64,000 nt of DNA from Callorhinchus milii (lineage: Eukaryota): assembly GCF_018977255.1 (NCBI RefSeq), contig NW_024704743.1, forward strand, positions 41,604,001-41,668,000, written 5' to 3'. Below the pieces are notes generated by a model, which was not told the origin of the DNA, made no database searches, and saw only the letters and a program-made list of their open reading frames with translations. This document shows positions 26,453 to 39,960 of this stretch, piece by piece (position 1 is the stretch's first letter; each line of letters starts with the position of its first letter). The position numbers and the translations under genes are program-made.

Positions 26453-27809
26453 GTCTGATATCTGGTTAAAGGAATTAGCGTTATTTCCTTACAGATTTGG
26501 CTGATTTTATTTTCTTACACTTCTGAGTGAGGTTCTCTGCAGAACCAGTCACTGACACATGTTATACATGGAATCAATTGAACAGCTTCCTGCTGAGTGT
26601 GCCAAATGGCAGGTCTGAAAGGAGGAGAAAAATGAACAAAATTATACATTTCTCCTTCAGTGAATGATGGTTGTTTAAACACTATTAACTTAAATCTTCT
26701 CCAGATCATGGGAGCACTCCACTTGAAAATGTTCCACTATAAACTTACTTTCTGTTTCAAACAACATCTTCAGGGGATTATCAATAAGTAAGATATACAG
26801 CAGCATTTCAAGTTTACCTTATATATCAGAACTCAGTGCATGGAAAGCCTCTGTGCCATCCCAAGTGACAGAACAAAGATTAATTCTTCTATTTGGTTTG
26901 GAAAATGAGTGAAAACAAGTCATTTGGCACCTAAAGTTAATGTTTCACACATTTATATTTACACAAAAAGGGGGTTATTTGCCACTTTTCATCGGAAATT
27001 ATATATGAAAATCATTGCACTGAATTTGTTATGAAAAGGCAGAATTTCATTTTTGGTCCAAAGAAGGTTTAGAAAATAATTTGGCTGTCATCCCTTAACA
27101 GCTGAAGTAAATACTTTATTAGCTTACAGACAGCATCTGAAGCTGATGCTATAAAACTTAAGATCATTTTGTTTCCTATTTTGAATCTGTTCCATGTGAG
27201 CTGGAGAGCAGAGATATTTGGGCTGGAGGCTCTTGGGCCCAGGATAGCTGCTGGATCAAAGGGGCATTGTTAACGTGCCTCCACATCCCTGACTGGACCC
27301 AACATACAGACCTGAACCTACATCCGTCAGTGTTCCTCAAAAGCTTATCATATTACCCAACATCCACACTCATGCTGGTCCATATAGCTCAGTTCTACAC
27401 TCATGAGTAAGATTCTTGGCTAGTGTTTTCCTATACCTGACCCGGGGGTATTGATTGAAGGACTTATATGACTTTCCTGTCTGAGATTATCTGTAAACTG
27501 AAGACTTGAGGCCATACATTCCACCTAGTCTCAGCCTATAAAACAATTATGTCTTAAAATGTAAAGATCGATCAAACACATTTGTGAAAAAATAATTACA
27601 TTTGTTCTTCATTTAGAAGCTAGTTTTTGACAGATCTTGAAAATGAAACTGTCTTGCAAATTAAGGCTAAATTTAAAATAGATTCACAATTCTATGTAAT
27701 CTTGAAAGTGAAGACAAAATGGTTTCACAGACGAACACGAGGTGGATTTTCAATACTTTAGACTGGGCTGTACAAATTTAGACTTCATGCCTACAGTGAG
27801 AAGAGACTG

Positions 27810-28075
27810 ACTTCATTCATGGCTCACTGAGTAAAAGTCCTACTTCGAGTGGCACTGAGTCACAAATCAGGAAGATTCAGTCTCGGGCTTTGTAAGTCAG
27901 TTGACCTTTGCTGAAGAGCATGAGTGAGAATGCAAGTCAGCTGAGCAGTGACATCCGCCATAGCTGAGTAAATAGCTAACACTCCCTGTCTGTGCTCACA
28001 TGTGTTAGGTCTGGGTCACCAGAGTAAGGTGTTGGACCTGTGTAATCATTCCTCTGCATGAATCAGCACCTCCAC
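27810..28075 (+). mobile_element. Ancient LF-SINE-like relic
   Basis: gtggcactgagtcacaaatcaggaag... and aatagctaacactccctgtctgtgctcacatg...gcatgaatcagcacctcca resemble recalled LF-SINE segments. Confidence 0.4.
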
Positions 28076-28609
28076 ATTATTTCATAATAATGTCATTGGT
28101 GGTGATTCATAGCAGATTCAATGTGATAATTATTTGTCATGGAATACCACTTATTAATACTGTTGACTTAAATCATCACTTTATTTTAATTATTCCGACT
28201 CCGAGACAATCAAGCTCACAGAGATAGGATGTTCCATTTAAGAAACTTTTATGCAACAATGTGCATGATACAGAAAGGTATAGATACTAATCAAGGGAAC
28301 AGAATTAGTCATCACAGGAGTTTCTTCTGCTTTTCTTTTTTTCTTTTTTGTCTTTGTTTCTTTTCTTCTTATGTTGTTTATTTTCTAGCTTCTTCTTTCC
28401 CAGGTATGTTCTGAAGAGCATCAGCTACGTTTCTACCACCTGAATGTTACATCCAAACCTCAAGTCTAACCATCGAGCTCATCTCACAGATATCATTTCC
28501 TTGATCGTTCTCTTTCATCCACAAAAACATTTGGAGGGACCCACATTCTCATAATGCTTTAATAGCCATTCCTAGAGATTGATTACGGAAATCCCCCCTC
28601 CCCTCATGC

Positions 28610-28630
28610 ACACACACACACACACACACA
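28610..28630. repeat. (CA)n microsatellite
   Basis: Read directly. Confidence 0.95.
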
Positions 28631-29133
28631 GCATATTGGACAAATCTTTTTGGAAAAATAATCTACCTATTTTAGAAATCCAGAACCTGGTGCAAATTAG
28701 CTTTCAAATACTTGAAGCAGCATTTGAGTACAGCTTCACAGGATACTGACTGAGTGAAGTCAATATCTTGTTTTTAGCTGCATTCAAACACCGACTTTTG
28801 TGATTGGGAACAATATTATTGAGGAGATAACATCAACCATTACGCTGATCCTGGGGGATGAACGAGGGAGAAAATCATGGTCATATAAGTATTGAGTGCC
28901 ACTGTCGTGCAATAATTTTAAGAGTTATGAATTTGCAACATTTGCACATGCAGCAGTCCTACAAAATGTTCACTTTAGTTCCCTTAAGAGATGCCAATAA
29001 GATTTCATCTATAGTATCATTGTATAAAGTACTGTTATCGTTGGTCTCTTTTAAGAAGCTATTCTAGAGGATTTTAGAACCAATAGTTGAACGCCGATCT
29101 TCCCTGTTATACAGTGGTACAGGACTTCCTATG

Positions 29134-29174
29134 TAATAATTAGTACAGCATGTACACTGCTGTACTAATTATTA
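29134..29174. repeat. Perfect 17-bp inverted repeat with 7-nt spacer
   Basis: taataattagtacagca-tgtacac-tgctgtactaattatta. Confidence 0.9.
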
Positions 29175-31101
29175 ACATCAAGTTATGGCAATTTTTCAGA
29201 GATCTTTGTTAAGCACTTTCAGATGCCTTCCAAGCACTTTGAGACATTCTCCTGATGTCAAAGGTAAATGTATATAAATACATATAAACACAAAATGAAT
29301 GTAAATTGTATTATAAAAATAAATAAGCCTTGCATTTGATATAGCGCTTTTCACGTGTTCTAGATGTCTCAAAGCGCTTTGTGCTTATTGTGGAAAGTTT
29401 CTTGAGTGCTATTCTGTGTGAATAGTATCAGCTTCTTTACAGTTTTATCCCAGGGCACAATTTTTTGGACATCTCTTTGCTGTTTCATTCTTTTCTCAGG
29501 CAAGCCTAAGTTTTCAGACCTAAAAGGCTTATTCTTAAAACACAATCTTCACAGCCAAGCAGACAATAATTCAAAGTGTCTACCTTTTGTGTCAGTAGCA
29601 AATACAACAGTTTGAAAAGATTTGAAGCTGAAATTCCTTACATGAGTTATCTTCTGAAATACAACTTTTATGTTTGCTGACCCTGTCAGCTATGTTAGTC
29701 AATAAGTTTACAGGCTTCACAAGATCCCAAGAAAGTTATTCATGGCCCATTTGATCTTTTCTTTTCAGAATAACCATTCTACTCTCCTCTCATCATAGCC
29801 TCAAGCTGTTTCTGAAATTGATCCAGCATCCAAGCCTATATCCCTCTACTGGGTAACCTATCCCAGTTATCAATAACTCTCAGTGGCAAAAATAATTTAA
29901 GATGATAAAGCAGGATGCCTTTTGACAGAAGACTAAGTGTTTCAGCAAACTTCACAACTTTGCACAATTGTGCAGAACAATGACATAAACTAACTAGTTA
30001 CAGATAACAGGTATTCAGGTGAAAAATGCATTGGGGTAAATGGGGTGAAGTTTCATTAACAAAAGGAACATGTTACGGAAAGCTAAAGACTTCATTCCTA
30101 ATGTTTCTGCTGGTGATAACTGACCTATCAATCAGATTCAGTTTTCAATTTTTTTTAAAAAGAGCTGGAAAAAAGTAGCTTTCAGATTAATTGAAAAAAA
30201 TTCACAATTCTGCGCAATACTAAATGTTAAGACAAAATTGTCTTACAGGCTAAGCCTAAATGAATTCCTGGGGCTATTAATTGATAACTATCAAATGATA
30301 ATCTGCTATGAAACATCATAGTTTATTTTATTTACTGAGACAATCATAGCAATCACAATTATTATTTTATTCAATCACATGAAAATAACTTGGGACTAAG
30401 ACACAGTAAACTTGGTCTTGGTAAGAATTAAAATTTCGGTCAGCCAACTTCATAAAGCTCTCACTTGCCAAGATTCTATTGGACGTCTGGATGTGTTCAG
30501 AGAGTGAAAATGTCCCAATTAAATCCTTCTTCTTTGATGCGGCTCGAGGACATGATAAGATGTTATATCAAATGCAAGAATTATCATTATATCATTATGT
30601 CATATGTTCACGTGAAATTCGAACAAAAGTCTACTAAAACATGTGTTTTCAGGTAGCAAAATGGAAACAGCAATGCACATTTCTTATTGTATCCTTTGTT
30701 TATATTCTTTAAGAATGAATCAAGTTATCATGCCCCATTCCCTGGGTTTAACTCTAGTATTTCTGAACATACTGTTGAGCATATGGAGCTGCTCAGTTAA
30801 TTGAAGACTGCAGTAGAATTTCTGCATCACATCAAGAAAGTAAACAATTAGCATTTCCTGTTTTTCACAGTATGTGGCATTTCATAACCAGAGGCAAATC
30901 ACATTATATTCTATTATAACCAACATTGTGATTGCCCTGGATTATCACTTCAGGAGCACAAATGGTAGAATTGTTTTTCTCAGGAATTTTAAAGAAGTTC
31001 TTCCCTTTTTTCTATCATTGGGTAACGAGAGTCCCTGGCTTGAAATCCTATACATCCCTAACTGCTTTTTCCCACTTTTTAATTGAATATTGTGTGTCAA
31101 G

Positions 31102-31203
31102 GAAACCCAGGCACATGTACAGCGCTATTGGAAGATAGTGGCAGACCTATTGGAAGATGACGGTTGCTTTAACTTTACCCCTACAGATGTGATACATTTC
31201 CAG
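31102..31203 (+). CDS. Candidate coding exon (phase 0 to 0), peptide ETQAHVQRYWKIVADLLEDDGCFNFTPTDVIHFQ; alternatively a 17-nt exon 31187-31203
   Basis: Consensus donor CAG|gtgagt; 102-nt single open frame from acceptor tgtgtcaag; an internal strong acceptor tttaactttacccctacag also exists. Confidence 0.38.
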
Positions 31204-33039
31204 GTGAGTACAACAACAATCCCCCAAATAAAATTGCTTACTCGCTTCATGACTGTTTGTGGAACATTGCTACATGCAAAATTAACTGCCATATTTGTCT
31301 TTAAAATACCTAGTCACTACACATTACAGTTATCTCTTTAAGGCGTTTTGTTAACATGATAACGCACTATATCAATTCCAAAGGTTATTATTATTAACTA
31401 CTTTTGCTAAGACAGAGGAATGGGGCTGGAAGGATTGCTCTTTAAAAGAGGCCTTGTGGTTTAAATTTATATGGTTCCATCAAATTTAAGGATTATTATT
31501 ACAAAGCAGGAAAAAAATAAAAAATTCTAATCTTGCTTGAGGCTCGTTAATTTGTACTCCTAGGTTTTATTGCTGTGATCGGGGTCTCAATTAAATTAAC
31601 TGGTTGCATTCACTTTATCTATATATTTCAGCATTTCTAAGACATCCTTACTTTCAATTTTTTTTCTCCTAATAAGAAAAGAGCTGACATAACGGTGAAT
31701 CTTTGTATCAGTTTTGATATGGTAACTATGTGCCTACCTAAAAATCCCATTATTCCATTAAAAGCATCATATTAATGATAAATGATGACATGCAAAGTCT
31801 TTAGCTTTTCCATCTTTGCTATCAGGACCTTCTTGACCGTTCACATTTTATCTTTTCTGTGGCAAAGTGCAAAGTGTAGCAACAATAAGCTGTTCTCCCC
31901 AAATACCGTAGCGCACATTAAAATACAATTGTGTAATTTGTCCCATTCCCTTGAGCACTACCAGCACTATTACACTGGGCATTTGGCTACATCCTTGATG
32001 TTGCCAGGACGTTTTACTATATATCCAGACGGTCCTCGCCCCTTATCATTTATGACTGGCGTAAACAAATAGTTATCTAGAGCAGTTTTGTGTAGCTTCA
32101 TTCACTACTTTCCCAAACAATGTTGTGTGCACTTAGAATCTCTTCTGTTTCTGTTGGTAAGCAGCTTTCAATCCAGCCTGTTAACCTCCCATTAACTCCA
32201 TGATTTTTCATATTTTAATGCTATATTTATACTGTTAGGAATCAAACCACTGCTGGTCGCAAAATGATGTGATCAGCTTAATTTAGAACTTTGAGAGCTG
32301 GTGCAGACTAAATGGGCTGAGTGATTTCCTACTGGCTGTAAATTTCTATGGTTCTATAACTTCTATTTTCCTTACTTTGAATTGGAACCGATACAACACA
32401 AGCAATTGAATTGATTGTTTTGTCTATCAGCCAAGATGTGGAAAAGACCCAAATTAACTGTACTTCACCTGCAAAACACAGTCACTCCACTTTACAGTAC
32501 ATCCTGTGAAATGATTAGTACAAAAGGCACTATATCAAATGCAAGTTTGTTTTTATGTTGATAAGAGTTAGTCATGTGATTGATTCTTTAATAACATGAA
32601 AAAAACAGTCTTTTGAAATTTCTCAGACATTCCATGAAACCGCAGTGGAGCAATCTCAGTGTGACAAGTACCCTATGCATTTGTATTGTATGGTTTCAGG
32701 AGCGGGGCTCTGGCTTAGTTCTGTCTGAGCCTTTCTTTGCACCAACTGTTTGCCATTGAATCACTGCCACAATCCTGCCAAACAGTGAATATCAACTCAA
32801 TTCAAAAAACCTTCAGCACAAATATTTTTCTTGAAAATCCAAGTAACGTACGGCCATCATCCCCTGCACTCCTGGAAATTTGTGACCCATTATACTGTAC
32901 GTTGATGGTAACTATTCTTAATATTCTCTGAGCTCTTTATGAGAACAATGAAAGAATCCCATAAAATAGCCTTAAACATTTGCCTGTTAACACTCTTAAA
33001 CTAACTGGCCCCTGTATTTGTGAAACCAGAAATATTTGT

Positions 33040-33329
33040 AATTCTTTCATTTGATATGACGCTTTTTATTCTCAGGTAGACATCGGATCATTTACTGTAA
33101 AGTGTAGTTACTGTGTATTTTGTAAGTGAAAACAGCAGTTAGTTTGCCACAGCAATGTCCCACAAACAGCTATTTAGTGAAATACCAATTTTTTCAGCAG
33201 GTTTGTTGATCAGGACACAGGGAGAAACTCTATTCTCTTTTGAATAGTGCCCAACTCTGCCCAGGAATCAAATCCAGGTCTTCTCACTTGCGTGGCAAGT
33301 GCTCTAACCACTAAGCTGCAGGACTTCAC
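33040..33329 (-). mobile_element. Chimeric SINE: young tRNA head joined to older Deu body
   Basis: 33258-33329 matches the young head (gctctaaccactaagctgcaggacttca); 33200-33252 has older body gggagaaactctattctcttttgaatagtgcc. Confidence 0.65.
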
Positions 33330-36057
33330 TTGAAATGTTCTAATAAGTATGGTAAAGGCACTTTGCCATAATTATCAGAATCTCATGTATGTTCTGTGTT
33401 GAGATTTAAGCAATTTTACTCATGGGTCACATAGCTATTTAATTGTGGAAACCTCGTTCTAAACACACATCGCTAAAGGTTGGCAATCTTACTTTCAACC
33501 ATAGACCTCGAGCTTTGTTAAATATTCCCATGGGCGGCACTGTAATCCCTAGAATTAAAAGGGGGATTATTTTCCTCCATCATGTCCATGTAGTACACTC
33601 GCTTATGTAGGCTAAGCACTATTCTGCACCAATTGATTTGTTTGCAATTTGTCCGCTTATTAGAGAACTCTAATGTAATTTTGAATAATAAATAATGTAA
33701 CAGTAAAGATGTAAAATTAAATGATAAATGAGTTATTTATAAGCACACAGGGACAATTTTGTGAAACTTACTGAATGCAGCTAACGTTTAGTTCACAACA
33801 ACAAATGTACGGGGCATATGGAGCAGAATACCTCCCTAAGTGTTTACTCACCTCAAGGTCACTTATCACTGGTGTAATTCTAAATATGAAATCTAGCACA
33901 TCTCATGCTCTGATTGAGATGCGATATTGAAAAGCAGTGACTGAGTATTGATATGAGATTGCTCGCACTTTCACCCTTCCCTTTTCGCTGCCTGATAGTT
34001 GCTGTAACCATTCCCTGAACAATAATATCTCTCCCTCCCAGAGTAGTAGGTGTACGTTTTGCACAGCATTTTATACCCCCGTAGTTCCACCTCTTCTGTG
34101 ATGCTATCTGGATATAGTCTATTTTCTAGCTGTACATATCTGAGTTGAATAACTTATTTTGAATGTGCCCTGAAATAGTATTAAAGGATCTTGTCTATAA
34201 ATACACAATCGCTACACTTTACAGTACATCCTGCAAAGCCCTTTGAGTTGTTCAGACAGTTGATAAAGCACTATGTTAGATGCAAGTATTATTATTGTTA
34301 TTTGAATAATAATAATTCTTGCATTTGATGTTTTCATGCTTTCGGGGCATCACAAAGTCCTGCATTGAATATACTGTAAAGTGTATATTTTGTGGTCAAT
34401 ATGGTTTTTTTCTCGTTGACCTTTCATATTTGTTCTTCAACTTAAACAGTATTTTTTCTAACATATAGAATAACATGCTACTCATCTATAAATTGGCTGC
34501 CTCCACCCAATGCATCTCATAAAATGAATCCCAGGTACTATTATGAGATTTTCCTCCAACAGCTCCCCATCTGGTTATGCACTGTCGAGCCTTCCTGTGT
34601 AGGTTCTTTCTACCTGAGACTGCTCTCCAGTTACCTACAATGTAAATTCCCTCTTGTACACATCATTTACCATATGTGGAGAAGCATGAACTAGCTAAAG
34701 TAAGCCCTTATGAGTACTTTAAATAAAATTAACTGCAGACAAACATTTGCAATGGATCTATAAATGTTTTGAAAAAATGTGTTTTCATTTAACATGGGAC
34801 AGCTTAGATTTTTTTGCCCAGAATTACTGTGGGACACTCAAATGCTCACCAGTTGTTAGTAAGGTAATTTGCAAATAAATTGCAAAGAAAAAATAACCAT
34901 TTATGCTTCATGAGAGTATGGCAATTTCAAGGCAGTCAGGAATCAGCACTGTCTGTCTTCAGAATTTAACATCTTGCACCTCTTGGTCTGAGAGGAATTT
35001 AACAATTCATTTTGTCTGAAGGCAAATATTTTCATTGGGTTCCCTAACCAATAATAGCACTGATTCCTATCTGGATACCAGATAGATACATAAAAAGGAG
35101 AATATCAAAGGGTATGGTGGGCAAGCAGAGGAATAGGAAAAGATCAGGTTTCTCACATAGAGAAATATAGCAGCACAGACTTGATGGCCTGAATAATAAC
35201 AACAATAACAAATTATATTTGTGTAGCGCCTTTCACGTCAGGAGGACGTCCCAAGGCACTGGGAATAACCTGTTACTGTGCAGTAATTGATTTGATACCA
35301 TCTTTCTGTTTAAAAAAAACTTCAGTGAGGTTGAATACTGTATTTTCAGTGGAAAATTGAAAAACATTTCTAAATAGACTGTTCAAAGATTCTGCTATCT
35401 AGAAACCTAATTAAACCCAGTCGAAAAAGAGAATTCAATTCTGGAGTTAGGCTTTTCTCAATTTCAGGAAAAATATTTAATGGGGCCATGGGGGATGTGG
35501 ATTTTGCTCTTCTTCGGCAGACAATAATAACAAAAAAAAAGTTAAAATTCAGTTACATTAACTGGGATCCAAATGTATAAAAACTTAACTCAGTTAAATC
35601 CATAGATGCAGCCAGCACCACAGCAACAATGATACACAGAAGATTCAAAAACCATTTTTTTTTGTAAATTAATCTTTTTTCATAGAATTGCACAGAACAT
35701 TACATGACAAAAATGAGCTATTCAGCCCATCTGGAACCATGCTGGTTTATACTCCACATGAGCCTCCACTTTTACTAATTCCTTCTCCTATACCCCTCTA
35801 CTTTCTGCTCCCTCATGTGTACATCAGTTTTCCTCTTAAATACTTTGATGCCTTTTGCTTCAACCACACACTCCAGCAGTAAGATCCAATTTCTCACACC
35901 ATCACTGTCTTTTGGTTAGGATGTCCAGTGCTGTTAGAACTACTGGGTTACATATGTGGCTCCTTTGTTAATTTATTTCTATAATTGCCTAATGAGGTGC
36001 TTAAATAGGTAGAGAATTTTCTGTACCATGGGTGCTGTATTGGAGGGAGACTTCAAC

Positions 36058-36268
36058 AACTCTGCCCCTAACCTCTGGAATTCCATCCCCCAATCACTGC
36101 ACCTCGCCCCCTCCTTAGTCTCCTTCAAGTCCCACACTCAAGACCCTCCTCTTCCCCTCCCTTACCTCTCCAACCCCAGCTTGGGTCTGAAATGCTGTAC
36201 TCTGTCCAGCGCCTTGGGACGTTTTCCCGACGTGAAAGGCGCTATACAAATGTAATCTTGTTGTTGTT
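36058..36268 (+). mobile_element. Short L2 3' end
   Basis: ctctgcccctaacctctggaattccatcccc...gcgccttgggacgttttcccgacgtgaaaggcgctatacaaatgtaatc(ttg)n. Confidence 0.9.
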
Positions 36269-37512
36269 ATTATATGGTCTGTGATCCCTGGCAGTGTGCT
36301 GAGCACATTGTGTATACAGCTTTTTGAGAGAAATAATTTCAGATCTTTATTACTGTGAAAAGAAGATAAATGATCTTGTGGGATTTCTAACTGTCTGATC
36401 CCAGGCAAAGTGGCTTATTTCAGCACCTTCTTGACTTCACGGAATGAACTCATTGGCCTTGAAATGCTAACTTTATATTTGGGCAACTTTTGAGAACCTA
36501 CATTAGATCCGTAGGGAAACTGAAGGAATTTGACTCATTAAAATGGTGATAACTATGGATTAAACTCAAATCAACAGTTAAGGTAAACAAATTATTTGTA
36601 GTTTTGAACAAAACATTATGAGTTGTCTATCTTTGCATAAAGAAAATTTCCTGGGCTTTTTTTAGTTTATGTTAAATATAAAGGTAGCTGGTGACCTTCT
36701 ATTTCTGAACAAGTAATTGAGTTTGTTATGCTTTACTGTACTGTTCCTCATCCTGTGACTTAATTGATCCTCTGGGATAAAACCTGTTCAACAAAATACT
36801 GTTCATTAGTTAAAGTGACCTTTAGCACCAGAACAGTGGGTAAGTACAGATAGGATGTTATATTCAAGTTTGCAAGAAAGCAAACTTGGATATGGCAAAA
36901 TTCTGATACATTAGGGTAATGCATCAGAATAAACAGAATTCCAAAATACCATTCACTTTCACTTCCACTGTTGCAAGGCTCTCTCCCAGGGCAATAGCTA
37001 TGAAACTATTTATGCATTTAGAAGAATTGATCCTTAATAAATATTGACGTAACAGAACTGACAAAGTATACGTGAACATGTAGTTTAATTATTTATGATA
37101 TATCATGATTTAAGACTGGAAATTACTTTCCTTATTTAATAAGTCATAATTATACAAGGAACAGTTGCAGTATGAAACATTATTTTGTATGGCATTGTAA
37201 ATCATTGTGGATAGGAATTTCATAACTAAAGATTAATTTAAGTTTTTATTATTTCCTCAGGGTTAGAAATAAAGTGGGTGATACACTTGGTGGCTGTTTG
37301 TGGGACATTGCTGTGCAAACATTGGCTGCTGTGTTCGCTCACACAGTCACTCTACTTTACAGTATATTCTGTGCAGTGTTTTGAGACATCTTTCTGACAT
37401 GAAATATGCTAATTCAAAAGGAAGTATAATTATTATAATTGTTATTAAGTTCACATTGTAATAATCCTTGCATTTGATATAGTGCTTACAAGCACTTCAC
37501 AGGATTTACTGT

Positions 37513-37836
37513 AATAATAATAATCCTTACATTTGATATAGCGCTTTTCATGTCTTCTCGACGTCTCAAAGCGCTTCACAGAATAGACTGTAAAGTGAAT
37601 TGACCGTATATTTGTGGGCGAAACGCGGCAGCCACTTGCGCTCAGCGGTGTCCCACAAACAGTTGTGGATTGAAAATGACCAATTTATTATTGTTTTGTT
37701 TTGAATGGATTATTATTAGGCGTGTGGAGTAAGGAAACTTGCCCAAGGTTTCGTCCTGCCTGGAATTGAACCCAGGTGTCTCGCTTGCAAGGCGAGTGCT
37801 CTGCACACTGAATCCTGAGTGAGCTACAGGACTCCA
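37513..37836 (-). mobile_element. Full-length young Deu SINE nested in an older SINE
   Basis: Complete head-to-tail match; flanks aggatttactgta and cagtgtagtgattgtgtatttgtaag are contiguous parts of an older copy. Confidence 0.9.
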
Positions 37837-38426
37837 CAGTGTAGTGATTGTGTATTTGTAAGCGAACTTGAATTAGTATTAGTATTTTTTAACTTAATTA
37901 ACACCAGTGTTAAGATAGCGCTGAGGTTAATTATCACCCTAGTAAACATGTTCAGCTTTCTTAGCTCGCGCACAATCTGTTGTATTACCCTGAGTAACCA
38001 CTGGTGGCAGTGCTATCTCCAAGTATTCCAATTTTCAAACATATCTGCTGACATCTTGTATATTGCAACTTTGAAGCAATAAGCTAATAGTTTTTTTTGT
38101 TGTTTTTGGAGCTTAGAGAGTAAGATAAGTTTTTTTATTTTGTTGCTTAATTTACTGTATCTTCAGGTGTGGTGAAAAGTGCACTAAGCATGCCCCAGAA
38201 AATATTATTTTAGAAACACCGACTTGTAACATGTTGTGGGGCAAAATTTTCACCGCTCATATAAATGTACAGCGCAAAAGTAGTAAAAGCAATAATAATA
38301 TTTAAAATAATATAAGACTCTGATCACCGAAAGCAAAAATCTTTTGCTTATTGTTTAAAAATTTAAATATCCAATTTAAGAGTGGATCAATTTGAAAATT
38401 GTAGCACTCAGGGTAGGGATGTTAGA

Positions 38427-38740
38427 ACCATAGACATTTATAACAAAGTAAATGGCCATTCGGTCCATCATGTCTGGGTTGGCTCTTTTATAGAGTAATC
38501 ATTTCAGTTCCATTTACCTGCTCTTTTCCTGTATTCCTGTAGTTTACTCCTTTTGAGATATCTATCTTGTTCCTTCTTAAAAACTGCCTCAGCTATTGCT
38601 CCTGGCAAGGTATTCCTAAGAATTCTGTATGTGAACAACATTCTTCTACCCTCCCCATTTGTTTGTTTGCTAACTATCTTATATTGATGCCATCTAGTAA
38701 TTGACTCAGTGACCAGGGGAATTAATTTCTCTCTGTCTAT
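38427..38740 (-). mobile_element. Old CR1 3' fragment
   Basis: aaccatagacatttataacaaagtaaatggccattcggtccatcatgtctg...gaccaggggaattaatttctctctgtctat. Confidence 0.65.
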
Positions 38741-39096
38741 CTTTGCATAAAGAAAACTTGCTGGGCTTTTTTAGAAATCATTCGGGGTATTACAATTTGT
38801 TTATTATGAGTTAAAAATGCTAAATTCATATTCAACACCACTAGTGTTAAATGCTGCAATTGGTACTCTTACAAATGAATGGAATGGTTTCTATTTTGCA
38901 TCCATGTTTAAATACACGGATGTATCTACTCAATTGAATTGTTAGAAAATCTTGCACTATTATGGGAGAGTGTGTCAAGCCAACTCTCAGATGACATTCC
39001 CTGAGGTAAAATGTATTTTTATTTTACATTTAGTTCTCTTTCAGTTTCTTTCCTCCAAAGCTATTGATTTTTATACATCTTATTTTCTTGTGGCAG

Positions 39097-39241
39097 GGCT
39101 AGCAGAGACATGGGAAAAGAAGATGCTGAAAGAGGCAGGATTGTGATGTGTGATACATTTCCCAATCTGTCTGAAATTACACCTAGACAGAGGAATTCAA
39201 TGGTCATGATGGTCATGATAACCAAGTGGTTTGTGAATAAG
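39097..39241 (+). CDS. Candidate coding exon (phase 2 to 0), peptide ASRDMGKEDAERGRIVMCDTFPNLSEITPRQRNSMVMMVMITKWFVNK
   Basis: Acceptor cttattttcttgtggcag, purine-rich open frame, weak donor AAG|gttatt; phase-compatible with 40330-40490. Confidence 0.28.
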
Positions 39242-39499
39242 GTTATTAACCACATATTAAAAGAACATTCGGTTTTTTTATGGTCATTGCTAAAAACTGA
39301 GACCTTTAGAATATGTCTTTATGATGTGTCTTTGTATTTATAAAAACGTAGTTAACAGATCATAATTTTTTGCAATATATAAAGCAGACTTTATAAGCTA
39401 AATCCTGGAGTAATGCCTATCATGAATCTTTAACAGAGACTGCCTTCTTCTATCTCTGGAGAATTGCCTGCTTACATTCCTATCTCATTCCCTCTGCAG

Positions 39500-39960
39500 C
39501 CTAAACACCGATACATGCTTTTGTCACCTTGTAGATAGATTCCTCTAACACTCTCTTCCCCAGCTTCCCTGAATCAACTCTACATACATTTCAACTCATA
39601 CAGAACACAGCAAATCACACCAGGCTCTGAACATGAGTTACTCTCTTCCTCATTAAGCTCTACTGGCTACTTGTACCCCAAAATATTTAATTCAAGATCC
39701 TTTTTCTGACCTTCAAATCATTGTTCTTCCCTACTATATATTTCTGATTTCTTTGAAACCTATTCTCCTGATTTTGCTGTACATTCTATTTAATACTTTT
39801 TATCCACTCCCTCCATACCAGCTGAGCCTTCATCCACTGTACCACACTCTATTGAACTCTCCCCAATCCCTTCACCTTGATCTTTATCTCCCTTCCTTCA
39901 GCCCTCTCAAAACATTTTTATCTTTGTTTGTATCATTGGTCAACATCCTCAACACTCCTC
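39500..39960 (+). mobile_element. Highly degenerate L2 3' fragment
   Basis: ctctactggctacttgtaccccaaaatatttaattcaagatcc and ttgaactctccccaatcccttcaccttg echo the LHWLP..RI.FKI and WNS.P motifs. Confidence 0.55.

Noticed and set aside
27201..27406. 68 open codons ending at gtaaga
   Set aside because: Poor acceptor, peptide unrecognised, and such a length is expected by chance at this GC.
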